The translations under genes and the position numbers were made by a program. A stretch of 63,892 bases of DNA, the filler included. It is 18 parts of 18 records of this genome, joined end to end, with 100 filler letters (N's around TTAATTAATTAA, not from the genome) between each part and the next. Parts side by side here need not be neighbours in the genome. Positions count along the whole stretch, not along the records: positions 37,029 to 39,557 come from SRR9188676_525; positions 39,658 to 43,013 come from SRR9188676_529; positions 43,114 to 45,761 come from SRR9188676_538; positions 45,862 to 49,735 come from SRR9188676_540; positions 49,836 to 55,320 come from SRR9188676_605; 13 more parts are not named here. One strand, 5' to 3'. Position 1 is the first letter of the stretch. Each line of letters begins with the position of its first letter. Under the pieces are notes generated by a model, which had not been told where the DNA came from, did not search any database, and saw only the letters and a program-made list of their open reading frames with translations. Shown here piece after piece: positions 37,223 to 50,346 of the stretch.

Positions 37223-39041
37223 CCGTCAACAGGGGCATTAAAGGCCTCAGCCTCCTTCGTGGTGCGGATTCGTCTGAGTACGGATTCACAGTACTGCATT
37301 TGTTTGGAGAGTTTTGCTCTGCTAGGGCGGTCGCGCGAGCTGACTTGGTATGCAGGCGGAAGCTGCCAGTGTGTGGGTGTACGGGCCTCCCGTCGCGGCC
37401 GGGGCTCGCTGCGGGGACTGTAGTGTGGGTGCAATATATTAGAGAGAACCTCTAAGAATAGACAGCTATCTTTCGGAGGGCATCTTGAGGGGGGTAAGGT
37501 CTGGTAGGGTTGGGGAGATCGAACAGGGTAGGGCAGAGTAGGTAGGTATAACTGCAACTGTGGTATGGTGATCGCTGGTCGAAATGCAAAAAGATCTTCA
37601 CGATCAAACAGGAGCTGATTCGATTTCCTTTACGGTAGAATCGTATGTTTGGAGAAATCCGAAGACTAAATCGGAGCGGTTTCATACAACTCTTGTTGTT
37701 CATAGATGACAGGATAGTTTGATCTCTGATGGCACTCTAGTGCGCCTTCATATCCGGATACGTTCGACTCGAATTATCAAGCAAGTTCTGTGAGTGTTGA
37801 AGAGCGAATTAGTTCGCGGTATTAGTCTGAAATCTCTTCGATTTGCGAAGCATATCTCGACCGTAGAGAGACCAAAGATTTTTGGATGTGGGATGTTAAA
37901 AGGCCGTTGTGTCTTTCTAATGACCAGAGCAAAGTATGACATAAAAAAAAACAAATGGATGTAAGAATTTGTTGAGAGTAGTGGCCTAAGCCTTACGTTG
38001 GGGCAGGGGTATATGCCGGAGCCGAGCGAGGCATTTGAGGAGTGAGGGAAACAGAAGGAGGCATGGGTGCAGGCGAGTGTGCTGGTGACAGCGCTGGAGA
38101 GGAGTAAGTAGGATACGGAGAGACAGGAGTTCGAGGAGGCGGAGGGGTCTTGACTTTCTTCGGGGGCTGAAAAAAGTGAGGGATGTTCAAAAGACAAGAC
38201 AAGAGTCTTGTAAGCAACCATGCGAAGCAAAACAGAATTGCTTTTGCTTTATGGTGTACCTTTGGCGTAGGAGTCTTTTCATAGTAGCTTGGAGGAGGAG
38301 GTGTGGAGCCAACTCTCGCGAGCTGATCAACACGATCCATAGCACGATTCAACTGCGCTAACCGCTCTTCAAGCAGTCTGCGCTTCTCAGCCTTGGAGGA
38401 AAGAGAGTCTGATCGAGGTCGTTTCGATAAGTTGGGCGACTCAGGAGACCATCCCATGGGATTCTTCCGCTTCTTGTGCAGGTCCTCCGAATCATCCAGA
38501 TCCAGAAGCTTCTTGGAGGGCTTTCGACTATGGAAAAAGCAATAACAAGTTGTCCAAATGAAGATAGTTTATTCATTCATTCATTATTATTATTATCACA
38601 TTATGTGAGAGGGAGTATTCCTGTATCTATCTGCTGATCTATGAAATAAAAAGTCCAAGCATTCAGCAAAAATTATCTACCTGCGAGCAAGTTGAAGGGA
38701 GCCATCAGCGGTCGCATTTGCAAGCCAATCTGGAAGAATGGGCTCGAAGACATAACCCTAAGAATGAATTACAGATGAGCAGATCGGAACTTGGCCAGAT
38801 CAGCATGAAGTGGAATGATCGAAGCGCACACCTTTGGCAATCTCTTAGAGGACGACAGAGCATCAGTGACAGACATCCAAATAGGTCGAGGCGGTTCTAT
38901 CGACGTCGAAATTTGTCGTGTTTCAACGAGAGGAGATGAGATCGGAGCGTCCGCATCAGCGGCCTCGACTTCCAAACCCACCTCCTCCTCGGCGCTCTTT
39001 TCGACAGAAAGGTGATTGTCATGTGGTGGCATAACATCCAT
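37223..39041 (-). CDS. Bromodomain protein (BET/GTE-like), 5' part
   Basis: Pro/Ser-rich exons then LSKQMQYCESVLRRI...AEAFNAPVD at a GTAAG donor. Confidence 0.75.
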
Positions 39042-40269
39042 TTTTCTGATTCCAGAAAAGTTGGAAGCGCAACGCTCCAACACTCTGCAATTTTCGGAGG
39101 TGTGGAGACGATTCAGACAAAATTCATTTAAACTTTGCTCCTGAAGCAGAGAATGAAAAAAAATTGAGAACTTTCGAAGCCTTTAAATATCCGACGAAAA
39201 AAAACAAATAGGGGGGGTATAAAGACAGGTCGCTTGGAAAAAATGGTGCGCAGAATTTGAATCTGGCCGCTGCTTTTCTGCAGCTGGGCATGGATTTTAC
39301 GGTTTCTAAGGGATAAGAGTAGGCATCTCTCTTTCAGAACGGTAAAAACTTCTCTCTGTTGATTTTCGGTTTCATTGCTCAGAACGTCGCCATCATCAAG
39401 ACCACTCCAATTCCCACGTCACTGTCTTATTGTAGCTGCTGAACCACAATCCACGTAGCATGTGCACATACACCACTAGGAAGAAGAATGATGCTCCGTT
39501 CGCATGCAAGCTCCTCAACATATACGCATACGCTCCATCCCTCACGTACTGATCCAANNNNNNNNNNNNNNNNNNNNNNNNNNNNNNNNNNNNNNNNNNN
39601 NTTAATTAATTAANNNNNNNNNNNNNNNNNNNNNNNNNNNNNNNNNNNNNNNNNNNNATGACGTCATTTATGGATGACGCCTTGTCCGTTGAAGACTGTC
39701 GCAGGTTCAAGGAAAGCAAAAACCTGATGCATCTTCTATCTCAACAATCGAGTCCGTTCTTTCGAAAAGGATCTGAACAGACTCGAAAACAATCGAGTCT
39801 GTTCCTCACCTCGTTTCAAAACTTCCCCACTTCTTCACCGCTTTTTCAGAACTATCCCACTTCCTCACTGATTTTTCTTCCTCTTGGACATAAAAATCAG
39901 GAGTTATTGACCCTTCAAAGAATCTTTTTCAGCCTTCAAAGAAAAATGTGTATCTCAAATGCGGGGGAGAACATCACACTATTTCTCACGCATTCTTGAC
40001 AAAAATCACCATTCGTTGTCCACTTCGAGTTGTTGTTGCATTTCTCGAATATCTTGCGGCCCGTCTTTTTGTGACAAAGGGGTCCATCTCTTAGCTTGTT
40101 CATGCGCGCCTTGTACGAGCACAGAGGCGAGCAGAGAGGCCCGTGGGATCGGATGTCAGAAGGAGAAAGAAAGCATGAGGATGTGTTTGAGGATGTGTGT
40201 TCATACCTCTGATTCGGGGCATCTTTCCCGAGGGGGCGGTATCCTGTGTGTATCTCACACCGTGCTGTG

Positions 40270-42694
40270 TCATGTCTTTGCATCCTTCTCCTGGTTGATG
40301 GCGAACTCGAGCAGCGGTCTTGCACAGCTGATGGGCCTGATCAGCCCAAGTTTGCCGCCAATGTCGCTCATTTCCGTCTGTATCGCGGGTTATAGAGAGC
40401 CAGATGTTTAGTTAACAAAATCACAGTCAAAATGAGCAAGCACAAAAATGCTGCAATCACTGGATTTGAACCGAGCAACCATCAAGGTCGTACAGAGGGT
40501 CAGGGACTGACTACAGGCTGAGGGGCCGAGCTGGACTGGGAGAAGGGGGGAGGATGTGTGTGTATGTGCGTGTGAGGGAGAAGTTCTGGATTTATTGAAC
40601 GAGTCTTTTTGAATTGTTGATAAGAACTGAATCGCTTTGGAACCCCATTGAGGAAATGATTCACAATGAACTTTTCCCATTGGTGAATTCACAAAGCGAC
40701 TAACTATTCTTATCCACAATCCAGCAAAAAATCACCTGATAAGTTCAATAATCAACTCTCCGTAATACGGGCTTTGAATTGCGGTCAAATCGCGGGAGGG
40801 CATGAGACCGCCCTTGTGTGTTATAAAGGAGAAGAGAAAACAAAGACGCCCCCTTTCGAGCTTCTATCCTTTTTCGTGAATCTTGTATTTTTCTCTCTCA
40901 CATCATCGATTGTGCAGAAATAGTAAATCGTTGAGGTCTGATCGGACCGAGAGCGTGAGTTAATGGGGAGTATGGGGAGTATCGGGGTGTGGTTTCGGGA
41001 CACGCGCACGCACACACCCACGCACGCATGCATGCATATCCACTGAGACCAGTCAGCATACACGACACGACACTGCCCTGCTTAATGCTTGAGCTGCCTG
41101 CGCTGCAGGAACCACCACCGATTCCTCATTGCCATCTCTCAGCAATATCCATCGTAATCTGTGCAGCCGGGGCACCGCACATGCTTGTCCATGCATGCAC
41201 CCAGTATCCTTCATCAGTGTAATCCCTAACCAATAAAAACCATCCTGCATCCCCAGAGTCGCTAGACTGTACAGGGGAGAGGCTGAACCTGCTTGTTCAT
41301 GCACCTACCTCTATCTCCTCAACTATCCATTATCCTCATTCAACCATATCCATCCCCATCACCCCCACAGACTTGTGCAGCCGATGGCATACCACATCGC
41401 CTGTCCTGCTTGTTGGGCATCCACCCTCGGTATCCACCCCTCCATAGGGTTTTAGGGTTTTAGGGTTTGAAACGCGAGTGGATACCGACGCATTTTAGGG
41501 TTTTAGGGTTTTAAGGTTTCAGGGTTGTAGGGGTTTATTGTCTAACTTTCTTTTCATGAAGGGGTGGATACCGAAGGTGGATACCCTCCCATATATAACA
41601 CTGCTTATCCTCATCGGTATGCCATTACATACAGCCTACACCTTCCTTTATCCTCATTCCCCTACACTATCCCTCATCTCGATCACACGCACAGACCTGT
41701 GCAGCCGATGGCACACCAACCAGCCTGCCCTGCCTATCCATGCATGCGCCGCCGCTGTTCCCTGGGTTGATTTCCGCGTCCGTTTTGATCCATGGCCCAT
41801 TCTGCAGGTGTATGATGAAGAAAAAAAAAAGAAGAGAAAAAAAACATCAGCATAAATACTCTCCCAAAATGATACAATCAAGCACGATTCCGAACTGTCA
41901 AAAACGAAGATAAAAATAATGGTCTCTTCTTGGCTAACAATTAGAGGGTCAGAATCAACTTGAGCCGGGGCATACGGTCCTCGCCCAGAATTATGATTGG
42001 ACGTACGGAGTCGAAGAATCCTGAGACGATACCGCGCGTGAGTGTGACAGTGCCGCCCCCGATGCCTGGGAACCTGTGCGCAAAATGAGAAATCCAGATA
42101 GTCGAAAAACATGCTGAGTGCATGGAAATTGGGTAAGGCAATTACCCCAGACCCTCACACATATCATCGAATGGTGTCCAATGACCGCGAAAGATCAAAG
42201 TTAGGAATCGTACTCCTTTCAAACATCTCGATTCCTGTCCAGAATGCCGATCAAGAACATAGGCTATCTATGTACAGTGCAGCCTGGGACATCGACTTAG
42301 AGCCAATCTGAGCAAGCAGCTGACTTCTCCCTTTGAAACTGTTCGGAAAATAATGTCGATCAATTGCAAACTCGGAAAAAAATCAAGTGTTGCTCGAAGC
42401 CTTTTTCTTTCGGGAAGTTTTTCCAAAGGCTGCTTTATAGATGATGGAAGATATGAATGAGAACGCAGGCTGAACTGGTGCGGCCTGATGGCGGCTGACA
42501 TCGTCATGAATTATGTTCCACTCGAGGATATGTTTTGGAAGGAAATACAACAGAACCTTCAGGCTCTGTTTTTCTCAACCCAATACATCCAAGTATGGTG
42601 ACAGAGATTGGAATACATACCCGACGATGAGCAGGTTATCGCCGATCTGGATGCCGTCATCGGACACCGCAATGGGCACGGGCTCAACGCATAT
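40270..42694 (-). CDS. Trypsin-like (S1, HtrA-like) serine protease, last 4 exons: 42621-42694, 42007-42073, 41697-41801, 40270-40377
   Basis: Spliced IQIGDNLLIVG|FPGIGGGTVTLTRGIVSGFFDS|NGPWIKTDAEINPGNSGGACMDRQGRLVGVPSAAQ|TEMSDIGGKLGLIRPISCARPLL*; catalytic GNSGG; all phases consistent. Confidence 0.9.
41415..41586. mobile_element. 172-bp inverted-repeat element containing TTTTAGGG repeats
   Basis: 41415-41446 and 41555-41586 are reverse complements (28/32 by eye); interior has two short TTTTAGGG tracts. Confidence 0.65.
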
Positions 42695-42883
42695 CTACGT
42701 GCAGGAACATTGCAGTTGTCAGTGGATCGAATATACTTATCTTGCGGGTGTGACTGCAGAGAAAGGATGTGCTTGTGAGGTGCAGATGTGCATGCAGGCG
42801 CACAAAACTTAACCATAACCATGCGTCAGACAATCATGCTGACAGCTTGAAGCTCAGGGGACAATCTACTATTCCATTGATCA

Positions 42884-43013
42884 TATGGGTCAGAGGAAAT
42901 CAAAACCGATCTTAATCGTTTTTGAAAGTTAGCTAAAAGCAGGTTTGGGCCGAAAACCCTTCAGCGTAAGGAGAATTTCAATTAAGGTCGGTTATGATTT
43001 GCGGTGACCCATA
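42884..43013. mobile_element. MITE, ~126 bp, TA-flanked (Tc1/mariner-type)
   Basis: TA|TGGGTCA...AAATCAAAACCGATCTTAAT pairs with ATTAAGGTCGGTTATGATTT...TGACCCA|TA; second copy at 31646. Confidence 0.75.
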
Positions 43014-43529
43014 NNNNNNNNNNNNNNNNNNNNNNNNNNNNNNNNNNNNNNNNNNNNTTAATTAATTAANNNNNNNNNNNNNNNNNNNNNNNNNNNNNNN
43101 NNNNNNNNNNNNNCCCCAAACCAAACAAAAATTGTTGGTAGCGTGATTTCTTAGATCTTTGTCTTACCCCCCCTATTCCGAATTTGGAGTTTTTTTTTTA
43201 TATATATAAAAAAAAAAGAGTGGGATGGTGAGTTGATGAGGTGGGGTCAAGAGTAACCATGAAATCTAACTTCGATGGACATTTCCGAGATTCAACATTT
43301 CCATGTCAATCTTAACACAAACGTCGTAACGATGGAGATGTATGCAATGATGAAAAATGAAGGGAAATAAATATGAAATCAATTAAAACAAATCGACGGA
43401 TCTGTACTGAGTCGGAAGAAATATCATGAAATACGCATTATGGGAAAGGGACGAACCAAGTGTAGAAAGGAGGTGCGACGCGGTAAAGCCTGTTGTCTCG
43501 CTATGGAGAAATACAAATATAAGTTTTAC

Positions 43530-44493
43530 TGAAAAGAACATCGAGAATATTGAGCGGACAGACCTGAAATAAGCGGCGATGGTTCTGATCGGTTATTTTG
43601 TTTAGGTGATGGGCTCGGGGGTCTGTCGGTTAGGGTAGGAGAGAGTTCTCGCGATCTCGCTGATCCTGAAGGACTAATTGGCGTATTTTCTGGTATTGTC
43701 TTCGAAGGACACGTCGCCAATTTATTGTCTGAATTTTCTGTCTGACGATTGGCGCTATTTGCAACAGATCTGAGAATATGGCACAGAAAAGACAAAGATA
43801 TATAAGAGCGTATAGGAGATAGAAAAGACAAAGGTTAAGATCGGAGGATATATATAAGAGAAAAAAGTGTGATAATACCTTGCGGTACCTATTTGAGGTT
43901 TTCTGGTCTTGATTTCATTCAACGAAGATAATGAGCCCACCGATGAGAGTGTTAAAGCTGGACTCGGGGTGCGTCGCGATGAATCTAGAAGAAGGAGATT
44001 CTGGTTAATAACGTTATTGGCGCTCATTTGAATAAGAAAGGAGTGAAACCTTGAGCGAGTCGTGACCCAAAAGTGGATCTTTCAATCGCAGGACGTGCTT
44101 GTGAATGCTGAAGTACAGAGAGTCGCACTCGACTCGATCTTGCATTCGAAACAGATGGGGTTATAAAGTCTGCATCCGATGGAGAAACATTTGATGTTGT
44201 TCGTTTCAAGGCAGATTTTGGAGAGCGTGCGGCTTCAGGCTGGCTTGATCTGAGGTAGCATGGGTACAGATGAATCTCTGAAGAAAGTATCGAGCAGAGG
44301 CTTACGTTTTCGGAGAAGAATTTCCTTGTTGTTGATCATCTGTCAAATCATTTCTATTGGTAAGTTTTAGAAAAGGTGTTGATTCACCAAGTTGGTAGAG
44401 CTTGGACTGATGAGGAGGTACTTCTTCTAATGCTACAGCGGCATGAAGACCAAAATGGAAAATGGTATCTGAATCTTGACTAGTTCGAAACAT
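43530..44493 (-). CDS. Hypothetical Ser/Pro/Arg-rich protein
   Basis: Several same-strand ORFs separated by GT-AG introns; no domain recognised. Confidence 0.4.
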
Positions 44494-44720
44494 CTGGTGT
44501 CAATTTGCGCTTTCGATGCTGATATTGTCTGGTCTCGGCATGATCGACCAAGATCGGCAACTTTATCAGATGTGTGAGAACTTCGAGATGATTAAAGACA
44601 TTCTAGTATGTAAAGATATTAATATAATGAACTATATAGAGGATTTTGACTCGGTTTTCCAGAGAAACAAAGGAGCCCAATGAGTACAACGGCGCCACTG
44701 CCTCTCCAAAGATAGCGACC

Positions 44721-44738
44721 TTCTCGAACTCTGGAACA
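44721..44738. promoter_or_regulatory. Heat-shock-element-like nGAAn array upstream of Hsp20
   Basis: TTCtcGAActctgGAAc about 300 bp upstream of the Hsp20 ATG; TATA-like TATTTAA near 44968. Confidence 0.4.
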
Positions 44739-45030
44739 TACTGTCACATCCAAAAATGGACAATAACGCAAAGCGATGAAAGGCTGTCATTCTGTATTAT
44801 TTCATCAAAATAGAGAAGGAAACTAGCTTGAATCTCATCCCGAATTTGAATGTATTTCTCTGATTCCTTGATGGTCGAGGTAACGCCAATCAATCTTGCG
44901 TTAGCCGTTATCCGTTCCTTTCAACCTTTTGACATGCAAGACAAACGTTGAGTGATGTAACACGGAGTATTTAAGGGACTTCATTTCACTTTTCCCATTA
45001 CGTTTCAAATTCTGAAGCAACAACAGCACA

Positions 45031-45713
45031 ATGGTGAGCCTCTCTCTCCCCTTTCACGCTTGCATGTGCATGCTTCACCATCTATTCCTGCGTTGTCCAT
45101 TAAGTGCGCAATAAGCTGACCATTTCTTTCCCATCTTTTTTTGACTTTCTTTGGGTCGCTTTCTCTCATTTTTCTTTTTTCCCTCTTTCTTCAGGCTCTT
45201 TCCGTATTTGGTACTGAACCTTTCCTCTACGATCCCTTCACCTGGTTCGATGACTGGAGTGGAGATGCCGGCACAGAAAACACTCGTCGAGGACGCGGCC
45301 GCCGAGGTGGAGCTGGTGAAACCCAGCTGAGCACCACGCGCAACTTGGGCTTCCCTATGCACATCGATGTCATTGAGGACGAAAAGAAGTTCCTCTTCAA
45401 GGCTGACTGCCCAGGCATCGTAAGTGATGGAAGATCTAGTGTCAAGACTTTTTTCCTTTAGTTTTCCTTTTCGATTTGCTCTCTCTCAAATTCCGTCAAA
45501 TATCATATTCTACATCTCAGCGCGCCTCTCCCTCACTCTGTCGCTGTATATTTTCTATCTACACAGAACCCTGATGAGCTGCGTGTCGAAGTCAAGGACA
45601 ACATTCTCACGATGGAAGGCGAGCGCAAAAGCGAGTCCGTCAAGGAGGAGGAGAATGTCCGACGCTCTGAGAGATTTTTCGGCCGCTTCCGCCGCTCTTT
45701 CACTCTACCTTCT
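45031..45713 (+). CDS. Small heat-shock protein (Hsp20), 3' incomplete
   Basis: M|ALSVFG..YDPF; IDVIEDEKKFLFKADCPG; VEVKDNILTMEGER; RSERFFGRFRRSFTLP. Confidence 0.93.
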
Positions 45714-45899
45714 GTAAGCTATCTTTCTTGCCCCTCTCTTCCTATCGTATTGGTATTCCCANNNNNNNNNNNNNNNNNNNNNNNNNNNNNNNNNNNNNNN
45801 NNNNNTTAATTAATTAANNNNNNNNNNNNNNNNNNNNNNNNNNNNNNNNNNNNNNNNNNNNGGACAATTTCAGGACAATCTGATCCTGCATTCTTTTTT

Positions 45900-47760
45900 A
45901 CCAAAAGTGATGTAAATATGGGGTGATTCGGTGGAATGAAAATGAAATCCCCCAGATCTGTGATAGAAGAAGCGGCCACCACGTATTTCGCATCCCAAGT
46001 GGATAAGATCATCATGCGTAAATACCCGCTCACGAACGCCGCCTTAAATGCGCGTTTTGATCTAATCGAGCCAAAGGATCGTAGCAAGATATTGTGTGCC
46101 CCGATACCACCTTGATTCCGCCTAGCAAACGCAAAGGAGCCAAGGAGACATTAGAGACGGAGAAATTCCCCAGGCCGATTCATCACAGCAAAGCAACATA
46201 CCCACTTTGAGCAAAGTAGTATCCAAAAGGCATATAGTTACGGAGAGAACAAGTCCACAGTCACGACAATTGGATCCAAGCTATACATAACAGAACATCA
46301 CAATCTCACTCGAAAACTGGAACTGAGAGTCTGGTAGTCTGGTTCGAGAAAGAGATGGCATGAACAAGAACGACAAGGCTCGAAAATAATAAAAGATGAG
46401 TTGTTCCCTCGCCGAATGTTTCAAGGTTGAGCCGAATGTTTCAAGGATTAAAATCACAGACGTCAACGTAAACAACAAAAAATGAGCAAAAAGATACACG
46501 GACCGTCGATGAGGTCAGACGAAGTTGCATTCTCATGGATAGTAATCTCCGGAGGGCGAGTAGGACGGCGGCCCCATTCCACTCGACGAGCAGCGGTTTA
46601 TACCGCACGCTCTACACAAGCTGTGTGATACATCTCCATGAGCAGCGATAGTGTCATTGAGAGTGAACAATCGAGTGTATGTAAGTTCCACAGGCAGACT
46701 CACCGAGCTCCGATGCCCCGAGCATGAGAGGAGTTAGTCGACGTCGTTCCACGCTGATTCATCACGAGACCAGTCACAAGACGAATTAGGGGAGCCAAAA
46801 CACGGACTAATTGAGGCTGTCCATATACTGTGTGCAAACACCAATTCGTAACCACCACTGCCGACCGTCGTTTTCATGAAGCTTTCGTACTAGATGGAAT
46901 CAAGTGAGGAATCCGGAAATACTTCGGCATAATTCTTTCAGCCCTGTGTGCAGGCTTGTAATCGCATTTTTTCCTCAGAGAACTTCATCAGTTCGACCTC
47001 TTTCTCCTGCGCAAATGTTCTGGGGAGTTGTTACGGTTGGTAATGTGTTGCTTCCACTCGAATATCGCATTTCGTGGATGAATTGTACGATGGGAGTTTC
47101 CTTCTCGAATATGATCGTCCAAGCTGATGTCTCTCTAAAAGAGAGAGGAGCAAGAGAAAGGTTCAGAACCGCCGATACTTTTCACGTTGAGTTCTTTCTG
47201 AAAAAGTTTGTCTTCCCGCGAGGGAGATCGATCTCAGGATGCCCACCTCTCACCTTTGTTTTCAGATCCATACAATCAGAACGGCGAACACCCCTGTGCT
47301 GTGTTTTTCTCCTCTCTCTCGTTTGTAGAAAATCACCCTAAAAATCGATACCTAGCTGAATTTCTTGGTAGACGCAGCCACCGATAGTATCAAAAAAAAA
47401 AAAAAAAACTGCTGAATAGGAACATCAGCATAGCCTGTAATTATTTTGCTCTACTCATTTAAGGGGAAAAAATCGGCCAAGGGAGAAGGAGACACAATTG
47501 GAATCGTTCCTTAACGGATAATATCTGAGATCCTGTGCCTGAAAGTATCAGCTGGCTTGGAACAGGGATGAGGTTCTATGTGGCCGCCAAGGATTTCAGA
47601 AAATCATTTCAAGCTTAATGGGGTGCGTAGGTGAGTGACCGCGCCGCGAAGAAACTGAGACACACAGTATCTTGTTCCACAACATTTATGCTTGTATGGG
47701 CTCTGGCTGGAAATACCCCAAGTTCATAATCCATCCATATTGCGCAGCCTGCACACACCC
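45900..47760 (-). CDS. Hypothetical multi-exon protein
   Basis: Three consecutive phase-consistent exons (DISLDDHIREG...|LRKLHENDGRQWWLRIGVCT|HVERRRLTPL); family not recognised. Confidence 0.35.
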
Positions 47761-50346
47761 TGCAAGAGAGAGTCATGAACGTCAGAGGAAAGTGGTGGGA
47801 ATGATATCGTACACAGTGCACACCCTCTGTAGACTGTGTAAGAGATTAAACTCATGTGGCAACTACTGCGATGGCAACTGACCCGAGCAATAAGTACGGG
47901 AAGAAGCAGGAATATGTTGCATGATGGCATCAGACAGGCATTGAATAATCAGGATGTGTTAATTCGAGTTCAAAGGCTACTTCTTTGAGCTGGAAAGAAA
48001 CTTGGTTTGGGCACCAACAACATTGGATTCCATTAGCCATATTGGCCGTATACAGAACGAATCCAAGCTTCTGCTGAGTACAAATAGAAATCAATTTCAG
48101 ACTTAAGAGAGTACACAGACGCTCTGCGTTCCAATCCACATGAGCGATGATATTCTATCCGGAGAAGGCAGATAAACGGATCAGATATAAGGATCAGACT
48201 CTGGGTCAGCGGATATACGCCTTGGACTCTCACAAATGCTGTGAGATGTGAGAGGTCTTTGTTGTTTGATATCGAGAAGTTTGCCGAACGATGTTTAATC
48301 ACATACACAAAACAGAAGAACAAAAAATTCGAAAGCATAGATCGCACATAATATGAGAGTATTATATGTTTTGTCTTTCCTGCCCTCTGGTCGATGCGCA
48401 TTCACTCAAACATGCCGTGGACGGAACCTCGGAAGAATTCAACGAAACGGTCAGCCGCATGGATCTTGCAACATTACAAGAGATATTTAAGCACTCTCAT
48501 TTCTCAGATTCTGGAATCTGCGTACTGTGATTGGCGCCGTTGCCAGTTCCACTTTTGGACGTCTAAGCAGCAGTTCTCCACCCGATGTTATCATGTGTTT
48601 CGGCGTTTGTATCGTCTTATGTGTATATATTTCTTAACTTTCTGTTCTGCACAACGGCCTCAATCGACTGCGACAATTGGAGAATCGGGGATGAAAAGTA
48701 TATTGAAATAACATATAAGACACACAGAAATAAGATAAGCAGGCGATGAGAAAATGTGAAATGCGACAGCTGAAGGTCCTGACGAATGGCTGGTTCCTGC
48801 GCTTTATCCCCCTAAGGGACATCAGACATTCCAAATGATCGATATGTAAGTCTCATTTAGAAAAACAATCATATTGAGAATGTATCTCTTTCACGTTCTT
48901 ATGAGCGCGGCCCACTGTTAAGAGGAAATGAAAATTGAAGACCTTAGCCCGGTGTCTAAGTAAAACGGCGCTTGTAGACAAGAAAGCAACGTATTTTGGG
49001 CTGCGAGCCCGGGAAAAGTTTGCCGAGTCGATGATCCCAACTGAACCACAACAAAGGAGTGGTCATTCAAGCCCTATAAAAGAACTCTTGGATGGACCCC
49101 AGCAGGTGGCTGGTCCCGACAGTGACCGAGTCAAGAAGCGCGAGACCACTTTTCCCTTGCCATCATTGCCATCCTTAAGTCCCGAACAACACTTGGGAAA
49201 GAAAAAGATTGCTGACTCTAGCTTCGTTTGACCTAACATCTTCTTCGCTTTTTAATAAATGCCTACAAACAGAGAAAATTATAATGAGGAACATACACTT
49301 GCAACCAAATCATATACTTCACAATTACATCATAACCATAGACGACATTCCTAGAAATTCCTAAACCAACCAGAGATCATACCCACACACCTTACAAACA
49401 CAATTATTTTCTAGGAATGCAAATCTTTCGTAATATGTTGCTGAACTTCAAGCTTCTTTGAAACTACGGGGCAGAAAAAATTAGTTACTGATAAAAATGA
49501 TAAAATTAATCAGGGGTAGTCGATGACACTTACATCATCCCCAATATGTTCATTTAGAGCGTCGTCACGGAGAATCGACCCCTCTCATTCAATTCGACTG
49601 TTTACTCTAATAGAGAGATGCGAATGATAGATCCAACCACGGAGCTTCAGAGACTGGCCCGTCGTCACTGTCACATCGCAGCGACGATAATCATGTTGGA
49701 GGTAATTCATTTCGTTTTTTTCGTGTCGACATTCANNNNNNNNNNNNNNNNNNNNNNNNNNNNNNNNNNNNNNNNNNNNTTAATTAATTAANNNNNNNNN
49801 NNNNNNNNNNNNNNNNNNNNNNNNNNNNNNNNNNNGAGGCAGGCTAATCATGGGACGACGGTTTGCCTAATCTGGGATGTATCGCAGAATTTTGTTGACG
49901 GATTGTCGAGAGAGAAGAAAAGTAAACACGCTAATTACTATAGTAGGTCTATTTGAGAATATTATCAGTTCGTTTTTCTACAATTCGTACACAGAGGGAT
50001 GTACTGTCTCATCAATCAGATTTCCAGAATTTTCGAGAACGATTGTGGGACCACAAGTCTTTTTTTTTTTTTGCTTTTGCCCACTTTTTTTCTCGTCAGA
50101 TCTTTCGATTGTGGCCATTGCATTCAGACTGTCCGGATGGAAATAAGGCAGAATTTCAGAGGATCACATTTTGTTTTTGTATTTCGGAGATCAGCCTTGT
50201 TTGTTTGTTTTTCCTTTTCTCTGATCACTTCAATCGGATGCTTTGGGGGGGTATGACGTTAGAAAACTCACCAGCAAAAAAAAAAGAAATTTACAGCAAT
50301 TACCTAGATCCCTTCTCAGTTAATTATATATTGTATTGTCAGGATA

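Noticed and set aside
39936..40411. Cys-rich ORFs of 129-150 aa
   Set aside because: They are off-frame or antisense shadows of the protease last exon and its 3' flank
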